The notes below the pieces were generated by a model. That model ran no database searches and had not been told where the DNA came from. It saw nothing but the letters and a program-made list of their open reading frames with translations. A DNA stretch of 63,372 nt, the filler included, from Folioceros fuciformis (taxonomy: Eukaryota), in the NCBI GenBank assembly GCA_049999805.1. It is 3 parts of 3 records of this genome, joined end to end, with 100 filler letters (N's around TTAATTAATTAA, not from the genome) between each part and the next. Parts side by side here need not be neighbours in the genome. Positions count along the whole stretch, not along the records: positions 1 to 24,495 come from JBNGIO010006272.1; 2 more parts are not named here. One strand, 5' to 3'. Shown here one piece after another: positions 1 through 13,700 of the stretch. The translations under genes and the position numbers were made by a program. Position 1 is the first letter of the stretch, and each line of letters starts with the position of its first letter.

Positions 1-96
1 GAATCGAGGGCAAGGTAAAGGAGAGATTGGCGGTCGGCGCTGCTGCAGGGAGAGCAGCAACATTATCAAGGTGGGAGAGGGGAGAGGGGAGAGGAG

Positions 97-1434
97 ATGA
101 GAGAAATTCTGCACATCCAGGGCGGGCAATGCGGGAACCAGATCGGGGCCAAATTCTGGGAAGTGATATGCGATGAGCACGGAATCGACCCGACGGGCAC
201 GTACCATGGCGACTCGGACCTGCAGCTGGAGCGCATCAACGTCTACTTCAACGAGGCCTCAGGGGGGCGGTACGTGCCGCGCGCGGTGCTCATGGACCTG
301 GAGCCGGGTACCATGGACAGCGTGAGGTCGGGGCCCTATGGCCAGATCTTCCGCCCGGACAACTTCATCTTCGGGCAGACTGGGGCGGGTAACAACTGGG
401 CTAAGGGCCACTACACGGAGGGGGCCGAGCTCATCGACAGCGTCCTGGACGTGGTGCGCAAGGAGGCCGAGAGCTGCGACTGCCTGCAGGGCATGCAGGT
501 GTGCCATTCCATGGGCGGGGGCACGGGATCCGGCATGGGTACCCTCCTCATCTCCAAGATCCGGGAGGAATACCCCGACCGGATGATGGTCACCTTCAGC
601 ATCGTCCCCTCCCCGAAGGTCTCCGATACCGTGGTGGAGCCCTACAACGCCACACTGTCTGTGCATCAGCTGGTGGAGAACAGCGACGAGTGCATGTGCC
701 TGGATAACGAGGCGCTCTACGACATATGCTTCCGAACACTCAAGCTCACCACTCCGACGTTCGGGGACCTGAACCATCTCATCAGCGCTACCATGAGCGG
801 CATCACCTGCTCCCTCAGATTCCCGGGCCAGCTCAACAGCGATCTGCGCAAGCTGGCGGTGAACTTGGTGCCCTTCCCCCGCCTGCATTTCTTCATGGTC
901 GGTTTCGCCCCGCTCACCTCCCGGGGCTCACAGCAGTACCGCGCGCTCACCGTGCCGGAGTTGACACAGCAGATGTGGGACGCCAAGAACATGATGTGCG
1001 CGGCAGATCCCCGCCACGGCCGATACCTCACCGCGTCCGCCATGTTCCGGGGAAGGATGTCCACCAAGGAGGTGGACGAGCAGATGTTGAACGTGCAGAA
1101 CAAGAACTCGTCCTACTTCGTGGAGTGGATCCCTAACAACGTTAAGTGCTCCGTCTGCGACATCCCTCCCAAGGGCCTCAAGATGTCCGCCACCTTCATC
1201 GGCAACAGCACCGCCATCCAGGAGATGTTCAAGCGCGTCAGCGAGCAGTTCACTGCCATGTTCCGGAGAAAGGCTTTCTTGCATTGGTACACCGGCGAGG
1301 GCATGGACGAGATGGAGTTCACCGAGGCCGAGAGCAACATGAACGACTTGGTGTCCGAGTACCAGCAGTACCAGGATGCCTCTGCCGACGAGGAAGGCGA
1401 GTTTGAGGAAGAGGAGGAGGCTGCTGCTGCCTAG
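97..1434 (+). CDS. TUB: Beta-tubulin, single-exon, axonemal-type C-terminus
   Basis: 445-aa ORF starting MREI, with the GGGTGSG GTP-binding motif, full-length beta-tubulin sequence and acidic tail [10 protein letters not shown]. No introns in the CDS. Confidence 0.99.
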   Translation: MREILHIQGGQCGNQIGAKFWEVICDEHGIDPTGTYHGDSDLQLERINVYFNEASGGRYVPRAVLMDLEPGTMDSVRSGPYGQIFRPDNFIFGQTGAGNNWAKGHYTEGAELIDSVLDVVRKEAESCDCLQGMQVCHSMGGGTGSGMGTLLISKIREEYPDRMMVTFSIVPSPKVSDTVVEPYNATLSVHQLVENSDECMCLDNEALYDICFRTLKLTTPTFGDLNHLISATMSGITCSLRFPGQLNSDLRKLAVNLVPFPRLHFFMVGFAPLTSRGSQQYRALTVPELTQQMWDAKNMMCAADPRHGRYLTASAMFRGRMSTKEVDEQMLNVQNKNSSYFVEWIPNNVKCSVCDIPPKGLKMSATFIGNSTAIQEMFKRVSEQFTAMFRRKAFLHWYTGEGMDEMEFTEAESNMNDLVSEYQQYQDASADEEGEFEEEEEAAAA

Positions 1435-1906
1435 AAGCCTTGGCCTTCCCCACAACTGCCCCTGCTCCCGCTGCTCCTGCCGCCATGCTGCTGCTGCTGT
1501 ACATAACACAACAACCCTTAGCCTCCAGCATCCCCCACACGTCGTGTCCTGCTGTCATGTAATGATCTTCTGTCTCACCTGCCTGTGATGCTGTCGAGAA
1601 TCTCAAACCTTGTACTAGAACGTCTGATAGGTGTATGTACTATTTAGGACACCTTGTTGTACAAACACACACTTGTACCGGTACACACTTGCACAGACAC
1701 ACACGCACAGAAACACAGAATGCACCACGGGCGAGGATAATAAGCCTTGTGAATAAAACAGAGGAAGACTCCAAGAGTTCCCATGTTATGCTGCATGTTT
1801 GCATCTCTCACAGCCAGTCACCAAGCTCTAGGCTAGCTAGCTAAGAGGGCGGGGCGGGAGGAAGCAAGTCTTGCAGAGAAAGGAAGGAAAGCCAGAAGCC
1901 CAGGGA

Positions 1907-2602
1907 TCAATCCCGCTTCTGGTCGGCACAGTGTGCGAGGGAGAGGACGGAGGCGAGGCGATCGGGATTGAGCCCGATCCCATCCTCCTGCTCCTGGTGC
2001 AGGAGAAGGCTGTCAGGTTCTGCCTCGTCGTCCTCATCCGGGGGGACCCAGGGGAGGCCGAAATTAGGGTCGCTGGCGAGGATGTCATAGCGTTGCTTGA
2101 GCTGCTGTTCCAGCAGGACGGCGGCTTTTACCACGTCCTCGAACTCCTTGGAGAGCTTGCAATCGGAATCCGCGTCCGGTACAGCTGCGCGGCCAGCTTC
2201 CAAGACCTTGAGAGTGCGCTCCAGGCTGAGGATCTCGCCGTCGATCTGCGAGGACTTGCGCTCGGCTGCAGCGAGCCGCTTGCGCCAGTACTCCAGGGCG
2301 GCTTCCTGCTCCTCCTCCGTGAAGGCGAGGCCGGGGCTGCTGTCGCTGCTGTCGTCGCTGCTGGAGCTCATGCGGTCGGCATCGCCATCTCGGGTGCCGT
2401 CCGGCGGGTCTGCGGAGAGGCCTCTCTCGGGAAGGATGGCTTCCAGCCTGTCGCAGTATTCCTCCCAATGCGCAATGTTCATGTGCACATTGTCCTGCAC
2501 TTTCTGGTACAGCTCGTCCGGTCCCGCCTGGATGGCGTCTAGATCGTCGTCCTCCTCCTGCACCCGCCCGTAGGTCTTGTAGCCCACATGCTCTTCCATC
2601 AT
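1907..2602 (-). CDS. Hypothetical acidic protein (~231 aa) with a predicted coiled coil
   Basis: GC-rich ORF with first ATG at 2602 (MMEEHVG), a heptad-like segment (ALEYWRKRLAAAERKSSQIDGEILSLERTLKVLE) and a Ser/Asp-rich linker. No family recognised. Confidence 0.7.
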   Translation of the reverse strand: MMEEHVGYKTYGRVQEEDDDLDAIQAGPDELYQKVQDNVHMNIAHWEEYCDRLEAILPERGLSADPPDGTRDGDADRMSSSSDDSSDSSPGLAFTEEEQEAALEYWRKRLAAAERKSSQIDGEILSLERTLKVLEAGRAAVPDADSDCKLSKEFEDVVKAAVLLEQQLKQRYDILASDPNFGLPWVPPDEDDEAEPDSLLLHQEQEDGIGLNPDRLASVLSLAHCADQKRD

Positions 2603-2930
2603 CCCGTCTGTGCTCAGCGCGATTTGCAAACCCTCAAGAAGGACCGTGTTAGCAGCGAAGGGGGGCGAGCAGTTGTGCTAGCCAGCCTGGTCGATTTCAA
2701 ACGTAACGTCTTTCCAGCATCCCATCTCCGGGATTCTCCCAGGTGTAGTTACACCTGGAGACAAAGGAGCAACGCTACGCTGATGCTTCCTCTCCTGCCT
2801 GGCTAATACTTTCTGGGCCAGTCTCACTCTCTACCTGCAAAAATCTGCAAGGACTCTGTCCTCGATGTACTCGTTCAATGGATAAGCCCAGACACTTGGG
2901 AGTGTCTCGTAACCCTGCTGCAGAAGCATC

Positions 2931-4429
2931 TCATGCAGCCCTTCTTATGGCTTCATATCCGCCCGCTTCAAGCTGTGCAGCCAGGGACACATCTCCTGTT
3001 TTGATGATCCGACCTCCCTCCTGCACAATCCAGGGTAGAAAGGGGGTCAGGTCATCAGCCTTGGCGACCTGAGGGAAAACCATGGCTCACAAAACTTTGA
3101 CTCCAGCTCCCCACACTGACCATGATGTGCACGTAAGTGGGATTGATGTACTCCAGAAGCCGCTGATAGTGAGTGATCATCAGGACGGCGTTGTCTGGCC
3201 TGCGGAGGCCGTTGATGGCCTTGGCAACATCCCTGAGAGCATCTACGTCAAGCCCAGAGTCTATTTCATCCAAGATGGCCAGATCTGCTTCCAGCACCTG
3301 TGAGACCACATGTAAGAAACGATCCCGCATAAGTGTGCCGGAACCTTGTGCGTGTCGAATTCATAGAGGACAGGATGGGGAAACAAGATGGCACCACACC
3401 GCAAGCTGCAGAATCTCATTCCTCTTCTTCTCGCCGCCACTGAAACCTTCATTGACGTTGCGGTCCAGGAAGGTTGGATCCATGTTGAGAGCATCCAGCT
3501 TCGGACCCAAGTAGCTATAAAACTGTGACGAGGTATGGCAGCAGACGCCATTTCAGCAAAACAAGGCCGTCTAAGAGACGGGCGCAGCAGGATGAACTCA
3601 GGCAAGCCATACCTCAAGAGGACCGAGCTCTGGGCGGCCAAGGACTTTTTGCCGCGCGTTGTAGGCCATGAGCAGGAAGTCCATGTTGCTCACTCCTGGA
3701 ATTTCGATAGGAGACTGGAAGCTCAAAAACAGGCCAGCATGACTTCTCTCCTCGGGCTCCTTCTCCAGCAAGTCTTCCCCTTTGAAGATGGCTGTCCCAG
3801 ATGTGACAGCGTAGTCCGGGTGCCCAACCAGAACCTGGAACGGCACAACTATGCGTGTCAGGCCACGCGAATGCCACATCTCAAAGCAATAAAAGACAGC
3901 CGAAAACGTCACTCACCTTGGAGAGCGTACTCTTGCCTGATCCATTCTTCCCCATTATAGCATGGACCTGGCAGCACGGAGAAGGAATGAGCAACAGTTC
4001 CAATCCACCACGACTCTAGAATCCTCCTTGCTCAGCTCAGCTCACCTCACCCTCCTTGATGACGAGGTTGACACCTTTGAGAATCTCCTTGCCGGAGTCG
4101 GACACCACAGCCGACAGCCCTCGCACCTCTAAGATGGTCTTAGCACCACTCGCACCATCTGCCCCGGCCCGCTCTTGCTCTGTAGCCACGGCCGCCTTCA
4201 CCGGCTGCCTTTGCGATGGAGAACAGGAAGAAGAGGAAACATCTGCAGCTACAGCTGCACTCACACTAACGGTCAGGCTGAGGCGAGCATCTCCGCAGAG
4301 GGCAGCGGTGGCCCGAGGGAAGCTCACAGCGCAAATCCCATTTACGTTGCTGCTGCGCCTGGGCACTGGATCAGACAAGACGGCAGAACAAGGGCATCTC
4401 ACCGCTTGCTGCCCTTGCAAGCAAGCCAT
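2931..4429 (-). CDS. SUFC: Plastid Fe-S assembly ABC ATPase SufC (ABCI6/NAP7), 6 exons
   Basis: Exons 4429-4046, 3967-3917, 3834-3613, 3522-3400, 3297-3121 and 3020-2931, all with GT-AG borders. Walker A GKNGSGKS, FQSPIEIPGV, signature FSGGEKKR, Walker B AILDEIDSGLDVDAL, H-loop ITHYQRLL, and a Ser/Ala/Arg-rich transit peptide. Confidence 0.97.
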
Positions 4430-4762
4430 CGCCACAGCGCCCGGTAGTAGGCAAATGAGAATCGCAAGCGTTCACAAGACTGAAAGGAAAATGACAAACG
4501 AGCATGGCTCAACTGCCATCCCGCGGGTTGGCTTGAGAGAGAACGACAACATCGTCCGAAAACTTTCATACATATGCTAAGTATAGTACAAACAAGTCCA
4601 TGAAAATGGAAGAATGAGACATACTTTCCCTTGAACAAACCAAGGATAAAGGAACTACTAGCTACAAAAGGGAGCAAATGGCAATGTACAACCTCAACGA
4701 GTGCGAAAACTTTCTCCATAAGGGAACTAATCCAGTCACAGACGAGCAAGCAGGCTTTGATT

Positions 4763-7700
4763 TTATCTCAAAGTGATCTGGCCGCCTATAACAGAGGCGC
4801 CTGCATTGATGGCATCACGAACGAAGTCATCACAAGACGTGCAGCCACCTGACAACGCGTCACCCAGAGCTCCCATCACATCCAGAGCTTCCTGCACATC
4901 ATCTACATTCTGCATCTCTTCCAGCCACTCCAAAAGTTCCTTGGCAAATCCCAGCATCGAGCTCACATCCCTGAGTCTCTCCTTCATCACAGCTTCCCAG
5001 GGCTCCATGCCGGTCACAGTCACACTGGACCCTGAGGTGTCTAGACTACCGTCCGAGCCGCCAGGTGTTGAAACCTTGCGTTGATCCAACTCCATCTGAT
5101 CCACGTCTCGCCCAGCACCTTTGGCGAAGGGCACACCGCTTTTGAAATAATGCTGCATCCTGTCCACCAACCCTGTATAAACAAGCATCGGATGCAAGAC
5201 CAGAAACAACTGTTTCCTACTGATGGAATTTCCACCACCTGCACCCCTGCCCTCCCTCTCCCTAAGATCCTCCGAGCTGTGGTTTGGGAGAGAGGAGTCA
5301 GAAGTTGTTGTGCTGGCTACCGGAGAAAGGGAACTAGGGGCTGCAGGTGGATTTCTTACAGGTGAAGGGGCGGAGGTTACAGGGGGACTGGGAGACGCAT
5401 TTGGCAACACAGCACGACCCTGCTTGTGGTGGGCATAGGCGTGCAATATGGCCCGTTGTAGGAAGGTGCGTCTATGCTGGAGCCAATCATCCAGTGACTG
5501 CAACAGAAGTGACTGGACCATCATAAACTGAACAGATTCATCCGAGCTTCCGGTGCCTGACCTTGAGGCCTGAGGTGTAGTAGGAGTTGACGGCCTGAAA
5601 CCTGTGCCAGACTCTCCCTGTGTGTCTGCTGAGTTGCTAGAGGTGGGACAGATGTATGACGCCAATGATTTCGCTTGGACACGGCGGTGACTGGCCCCTC
5701 CCTGATCCAGCAAATGTCTAGCCATTTGAATCATGAAAGGAAGAAGCCGGGAATTACTCTCTCGCCCACCACCCTTGCAGTCAACACTGAACGATGCACC
5801 TGTCGCAAATCTCCCAAGCATCTGGAGACCATTTGAAACAATTAGAGGCATGGAGAGATGGGATCAACAGACAAAACATGACAAGGATAGCTCACAGAAG
5901 ATACAAGAGTTGCATCAAACGAGGTAAAGCTGTCGTACCAAAACAATATCATAGGTGAGCAAACGAACACGGCTTCCATCGGCCCGGCCAAGGGCACTGA
6001 GGTTGTCCCAATGATGATCCACACATCTGGAATACTGCACCAAGGGAACAGCAGGACCTCGGAGTGGGAACAAATTATTGCATAGAGTCTCACTGTTCCG
6101 AAGAGTAGCACCCTCCCATTCCTTTTTGGGATTCTTCAAAGATGCATCTGCGCGCTTTGCTTCCTGATGACACTGGAAATGGATCACATTGAAGTGACTC
6201 ACCGTGGTGTATACCCATTCTGCCTTGGCATGGGTACCTGTATTGGAACCCAGATTCACTCGTTTGCTATAGCAATAGGTGCCAAGCATGTCTGTTGGCC
6301 TTAATCGATATCCTTCTCTGCACACCATGCATGCCAAGCCCGCCTCCTCTTCTTCTATTTCTTCCAGACCCTCAATATCTGGCCTCGAAACAAGAATCCT
6401 CTCCCCTCCATCAGACCTCACTTCGCTGCGCATACCCAGCCCCTGCCACACATTTCTTTCGCAGTCAGCACAACATCGCATGGCTTTCATCAATTGTCAA
6501 AAAGCATGGAAACAGCCGCAGCATCTACCTCTAGAAGCTCTTCTCTTTTCCGCAATGCTCTGCGTCGCTTCTCATCTCTCGTGGCATGCCTCAGGTTTGC
6601 AACCTTGTCGGGCAAGAAACCAACCCCAGTGCCGTCCTTGTCTGCTAATGTGTCCAGCAAGTTCTCTGCCCTGGTTCCAATTTCATTCTCACCAGCCACA
6701 CCTTCTAAGGCATGCAGAAGTGGTAAGACACCTTCCTCATCTAAACACTTTTGAGTTAACTTGTGGCCTTTTGACAAGCCCCTTAACAGCAACAAAATGA
6801 TAGGGACAGAGGGCATCTCCAGTCCACGGGTCCATTCAGATGTTGCTTTATAGTCAGCAGCCCTGCCAATTGCAGGAAACGCGTTCTTCAGATACTGAAT
6901 AGCCCCTGAGCAAACACGTGGAAAGGGTAAGTACACATCCTTGAGAAATAGCAATTCATCCCTCCCAAGCGCAATGGACAAGCTCCCGTACCTTTCGTGA
7001 TACTCTTCTCCATTATCACGTTCTTCAGCCTCTCGCCATTGGAATTCACCTGTATGGACTCTGTCACTCGGACAAAGTTCTCCAGAGAAAATTGATGTTC
7101 CACTGCTTGCTGTGCTAGTCCTTCGTCTTTCAAATTTTCACGATGCTGCTTCTGCAGTTTATCAAAGGCGCCCCAATCCTTGAGGTATGGCATGAAGTGT
7201 TTTACAAGAACCTCCATAGCAGTTTGCTCTCCATAGGTCAAGTAAGGCAAAATCCTAGCCACAGTGTCATTGTTCCGTTGCTGTCTGTTTGACTTCTGTA
7301 TTGCTGCAGGATGAGAGAGCCGCTCAAGGAACATCAGAACGGCATTTGCAGCCTGCCCATCAGTTCTGTCTAGCGCCCTGAATGGACTTGAATTGCTCTC
7401 AACCACCCCAACATCATTCTCATTAGCCTCGGTGACAAGGCTCTCAACGATAAGCAGCAGTCCCTCTGCTGGCTCAGCAGCGTCAGTTGAGAAAGCCCGG
7501 CGAGCTGTATCAAGCAGCACCTTCAAAGCATCAAGCTGAAGAAGAGCCTGCCTGTTTGCCCGAATTTTGCAACAATACATCAGAAGTTTCAGCACCAATG
7601 CCACCTCCTCCTGCCCACATCTGATCTCTTCGTCGCTCAGTTGCTGCTAGTCCACAAAGACAGCCACTTGAGATACTTTCCACCAGAAGCCATACAACTT

Positions 7701-10700
7701 TATAGAGTGGCAAACAGTAATTCAGTCCAAGGACCAATTCTGAAAACCAACAGGAGCATCTGTGCATAAGAGACAAGCATCTTACCTGCACCATGCTCAC
7801 GATGGTATCCAAACCACCGCATTCTCGCATAACCCCGGTAATTGCAAACTCAACTTCCGGATCTTGAGACTCCTCTCTGTCATCTTCAAGCTCTTTGATC
7901 ATTGGCTCAGTTGCCTCTCCATCAAGACCCTGCTCATAGCTCAATCTCAGTAATGATACAATTTCAAAGGAAACCACAAGCAGGTGACAGACGGACGGCC
8001 CTCCCTGATGTCAACTACTGACCTGCAATCTATATGTAACTGTCATTGGAGGACACTCGCGACCAGCCTGACCTCCAGCTGCTGCCAGAAGACTTGCACC
8101 AATAGTTGAACTTGCTGCCTGACTGTGTGCTTTTCTCCAGACCTGCTCATATACCTGAGCTACGCTAAGATCTAAAGCAATAATGTTTCCAGCCACAAGG
8201 AGCTCCATCCCATAGTCGTCTTCCAGAAGTCCCAGGAGCTCCAGTGATTGACAGATCTTGTTCTTTACATCACGCATAAGTGGCCCAACTTCAAGACTGT
8301 TATAGGGATTCTTTGTCATGGACCCTCGGATGAACTCCTCCTGTGTGCTAGACTTATTTAGGACCATCATATATGCAGGCTCTGGCTTCGATGGACATAT
8401 GATGCTGCACAGCTGCTCCAAAATGAACTACCAGAACAAAAACACCTGTATCAATGCACAGACATCATCAAGAAACAAATTCATGCCGCTAACAAAGCAT
8501 CCACTGCTTACCAAGGGAGTACGATCCTTTCTGTCCTGGCAATGTATTTGAAGACCAGAGATGCAGGCTCGCATGAAGTGGCGCTTATTCTCATAACTTT
8601 CCTGCAGAAGACTATCCAGTAGTTCTCGGAGGAGCCGACCACAATCACCTGTGAGCTTCGTCTTCTGCACGATCAATCCTCTAATGGCCAACAGCGCTTC
8701 TAAAACTTGTGCCAATAGCTCCTCTTTCATGAACCTGTCACAAATTCAACTAGAGGTCACCCACCAGTCCTCCAAGAGTTTGTGTGGAAGAATACTAACT
8801 GGAAGCCGCGGAACACCTCTGCAAAGGTAAAGCACTGGCGTTTCCATTCAATCAAAATCATCCAACAGCAAGGCATACCTCGCCCGAATGTTAGGAACTT
8901 GCAGAAACTTGTTTAACAATTCAATTAGCTTGTGCAGAACGTAGCCCTGCGAAATGTCGGTGTGAAAACTGTGCTCCTGAGCTTGTATGTGTTTAACTTC
9001 GTCAGCTATTAGACCACAAGCTGTCTTCAAAAACCCTTTCACTGTAAGATATAGACGAGCTTCTTCTGCCTCAACCATCTTGAATAGAAGCTCAAAATAA
9101 TCAGCTGCACTTTCGCCTACAGCACGTGTGGCAGGCAAGAGAGTCATAAGTAGGTCGAGGAATCTGGACCGTCGAGACGAGCTTTGTGAGCATAGCACCT
9201 CTATTAACCCACACATCTCTGCTCTGATTGCTTGTGAGCATGCACTCAACACGAGTCCATTCACCCAGGAACTTTCCTCAAAGGCTGCCAACTCATCAGT
9301 GACAGGCACCTTGCAGGCCTTTCTCTTCCACCTGAGCGCACACTTTAGGGCCAAGTAATCTACCCTATTGACGTCCTTTTTAATCCCTGCTGCAGTTGGT
9401 TTCAGATTCGGTGAAACAGTGTACTCCCTCCTCACAAAATCTGAAAAGGACGTTCCATTCTGCCACTCTGCATAGTTGATGAGAGATAACTCGGGGGCCT
9501 TCAATTCCTGTTCAACATCTTTCTGACAAGAGCCAGGAGCAGGCTTTGGCAGCATGCTAGTCTGAATGACAGAGACACCCCTCACAGGTTCCTCAGAGGA
9601 CGGCTCAGGTCGTGATGGTGAAGGCGCAACACCTGGTTCAGATTCTGGTTTCGGAGGAGTGCATAGTTGGGACACAATCTTTAAGCAAGGGAGAATAATG
9701 TGCTCAGCAATAACAGGGTGACGGGCTCCTAGCTCGATTGACCGAAACAACAGCTGAAAGACTACTCGCAAACGGGCTTCCCAAAAGTCATCATTCAAAG
9801 AGCAAGTTTCCGAAAGCAGCTGCAGTTCATCCCTGACACAAGATGCAATATCCATGGATCGATGATGCTCAAGGCAGTAGATAGCCTTCTGCTGTATCAA
9901 ACTGTTCAGCTCCGCAACAGCTGATCCATCACCTTCGGTAAAAGCGCAAAGCACAGCTCTAGCTTGAATCCTTGCTGTCCTAGGACCTTGGTGAATGTTG
10001 TTCTCGAACAGTTCACGCAAGACACCTCCTGCAACCAATTGTTGGCGACATTGCTGCTGCCTTGCTAAAACTTGCAACCATTCCAAGCAGTGCCCAACAA
10101 AAGTATTAGCACAACCAAAGCATCTATTAGGAGGTCTCGGAGATACCACCACCCTTTGTGTAGGGTGTCCCCTCAAGTTCTTGCGCTCAAGATAAGACAT
10201 GAGGACTCGCCGAAGGCCTTGCAGTGTCTGCACACTTTTGCTGACAGAATCAAAAGCCATCTTGCACTTCTCACCATACAGCACCCCTAGAATTGCTATC
10301 TTCCGGTTGGTTTTGAACGAAGGAGATCCGGGAAGGTTGACCATCTGCTGTACGGAATCCTTCTGCTGGGAATCCAAATCCGATTCTCCAATACTCGATA
10401 CGAGTTTCATCAATGGCTTCTTGAAACCAAGAAGCTGCTGATACCTCCTGTGAGCATTTTCAGATTCTGCCTCAATAGCAGCAAGCCCCTTCTTCATGTC
10501 GTCTTCATTTTCCATGCTATCAAATGTAAAGCTCGGTTTAGCCATGAAATTGAACTCGAATCGGCCATATTTGCTGTACCCACACTCGTTACATAGAAAC
10601 GAATCTAGGTTCTCATAGTTGATATTCCTGCATTGCCGACACTGATACGCATTCTCATGGCAATTGCTGCAGATACCATGCTTATCTGTGACAAATCGAC

Positions 10701-13700
10701 TACACCTTGGGCACTGAAGAGATTCAAGCGAGGATGCCTGCAAATTCTCATAGAAGGAATCCAGCTCAATCATAAAGTTACAAGCCGTTATTGGAATAGA
10801 AAACTCCACCTTGAGCTCTGTCTGATTGACAGCCAATTGACAGCACCGAGCCCTCTTCCAAAGCGACCAATTATTCTTTAGCTCTGAAAGATCAGCAACA
10901 GGCCTGTTATTGTAATACAGATTGAGCACTTTTACGGACTTGGATCTTCGAGCATCATGCACGTTCATAGTCACGCTCTGAATAGTATGACTCCCGACAC
11001 ATTTCACAAGAATTCTGTTGTCTGTGAACTTCGTTTCTGCCTTGAGACTGTCTAGTTTCATGCGGGTGTAAGGAACCTCGGGACTGCTGCAGGCTAGACA
11101 GGGTTCACTCTCCAGGTAATAACCATCAAATTCAACTAAACTGGCCAGCGTGTTGTAGATCCGGGAGTTTGGATGATTTGCAAGTAGCTCGTTCTGCGCA
11201 CACAATGTGCTGTATATTCTTTTGACCACATCAGCATTCAAGCATCCTTGCACAGCAGCCATCTCCTGGCCATTGTGACCCCCCTCTGAACCTCCTTTAC
11301 CAAGAAGCCAAGTTAACAAATCAGTGTATTCAACAATGTTCTGACCATATGAAGGCAAAAGTGGAACCCTCTCTAGCAACAGCGTCAGCATCAGGATTCG
11401 GAAGGGCAGCCTACCATGGTGCCAAGCACCATGCAGAACCGACTTAGCCTCGGAGCGAACTGACGTTGCATTCCACTCCAGCAGAAATTTATCGACAAAC
11501 TGCCTTAGAATTTTACCATCCTCAGCAGCTAGCTGATCCACAGCTGCTTCCATATCTATATACATCTTGTCACTTGTACTCATTGAAGTGAAAGCTTCAT
11601 CACTGCCACCTTTTTTCTTCTTCCTCCCATTCACTGTCTGTGCTGCTTTCACTGAAGTTACAGCAGCGCCGGACGCGCCAGAAGCGGAGGTTACAGGGTC
11701 AGGTAGTTCTGCAGCTGCAAGTTTTGCCGAAGGACCTCCAAGTTCTTTGCCAGTATAAAACACTAACATCAACAGCTTCAGAGTTTGGACAACAGATTCT
11801 TCCCCGAAAGAGAACACCCCATTTAGAAGAAACTGAAGGACATCAATATGACGGACACAATATTTTTGCCAATTCCGAGGCCTAGCTACAGCGACATCCA
11901 CAATAACTGTTAGACACTTCACCAACTTGACGCTCCTTTCATACGACACCGGCACCTGAAATCCGCCTGACTTCTGAGCCAACTTGTTAAGCCTCTTAAC
12001 TTCCCGGCTAAGCTGCCAAGCATCACGCACATTGTAATAATGTCCTTTCGTTCCGCACATATGCAACAATAGCTTCCTGGCATACTTTCTGATGAAGGTT
12101 GTGTGGGGATTGTTTATGTAGCTACATAATATTTCTTGCCATCCTTCCAACTTAAGCTCTGGACTAGAACAACTTCTGGAATTCTGGTCCTTCTCAGTGC
12201 CCTTCTCCAGTTTATCTGGTCGAACAAGACTGTATGCCAGCCGGAAAGTATTCTCTAGGAGCAGGCGGTAAAAATCCCCAAAAAGATCCCCCCTGTGAGC
12301 TTTCGCATATGAATCCGAAAAATATGGAGTGAAGCTTCCGGATGCAAACTCACGTCTGGCCGTCAACAGGGCGCCACATGCTGACCCCCCTGTGCTGGGT
12401 GGGCTCGATTCTGAGGCTCTAGAGGAAATTTTGAAATTGTTACTCAGTTGTTGCACAATATTGAGCAGATACGACAAGAAGGGTTGCTGACGCAAGGCAG
12501 AGCATGCTTTATCCAACTGCGACCCTCCTTCGTTAGCAGCTTGACCCTCACTGGGACAGGGTGAACTTGATCCTGAGAAAGACATCATGACAGTCTCACT
12601 GCTTAATGCGGTAGCTCGGCTCTGAGAGTGCTCTGAACCCGGTTGGTGCCAGTTCCTTAGCACAAGTGTGAAGAACATAAAGACCAAGATGATCACCTCA
12701 CCAAAATTTGTCCGCACCTTGACCAAAAACGGAGCTGACAGATCCATCTCTTTCAGGAGCAACTTGATAAGCCTCTCCAGATTTAGACTTCCACTGTCAA
12801 GTGTTGGCTCCACAAGTGGCCCTGAAGATGCTGATGCAAGGCGATAAAATAACTGCATGATAGGAACTGCCTGGGAACCTGAACTTGTCCTCATCCATCC
12901 GTGTATATCTTCAACAAGACGATGGAGGAGAAAGGAATTTACTGCACTTTTGGAGGCAGAAAACACAAACCCTTTTGAGTCATCCAACGCTGTATGGACA
13001 AGCCCAGTGCTATCACCGCCTACAACTCCTCCCACAATAGGGGGGCTGCCAGCGGCCTGTAGGCTGAGTTCTGTTGCCATCTGCAACAAGCTCTCGTCAC
13101 TCAAATCATCAATAGCTGAGTACTGAAGATCACCAGGATCTCCTCCTCCTGCATCCATCTCTATGGGGATTGCAGACATGGGATGATCCCTGGTATGAGG
13201 ACGGGGAAGTTGATCTGCATCCATCACTTCATAGCAACCTTCACAGAGGTCAAAATCATCACAGACATTACAATGCCATCGGCGTCTGAGTATTGGCACT
13301 GTTGAACAGCCGTCACAGCAATACTGAACAGATGCAGTGGTTGGATCTTCTTCCACCATGACTTGGGCAGAGCCACTTGTGCCATGTGCGCCTTCTAGAG
13401 GTGATGACGTTGCTCGAGAACTTTCTGCGACATCATCCATGGCCAGCATTGTTTGCTTTGGAAGGGGTACTTGCAACAACCTTGACGAAATAGCCAGACT
13501 GCAGAACACAGGTCCAATCACAAAATTCCATTGTCGAGCATCAGGCATAAGAGAAAATCAATCAACCCGTGAATAACTGGATTCATCACCATCTCTATAC
13601 CTGCATGATGTTCGAACTGCCTCATACGGAGAAAACAGTAGTTTTCTCAGCAAAACAACTGCAGGTGCGACTGCCACTTCAGCAGGAGCTGAGCGAGTTC

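Noticed and set aside
259-1509. Antisense ORFs over beta-tubulin
   Set aside because: Codon-bias shadows of a conserved gene.
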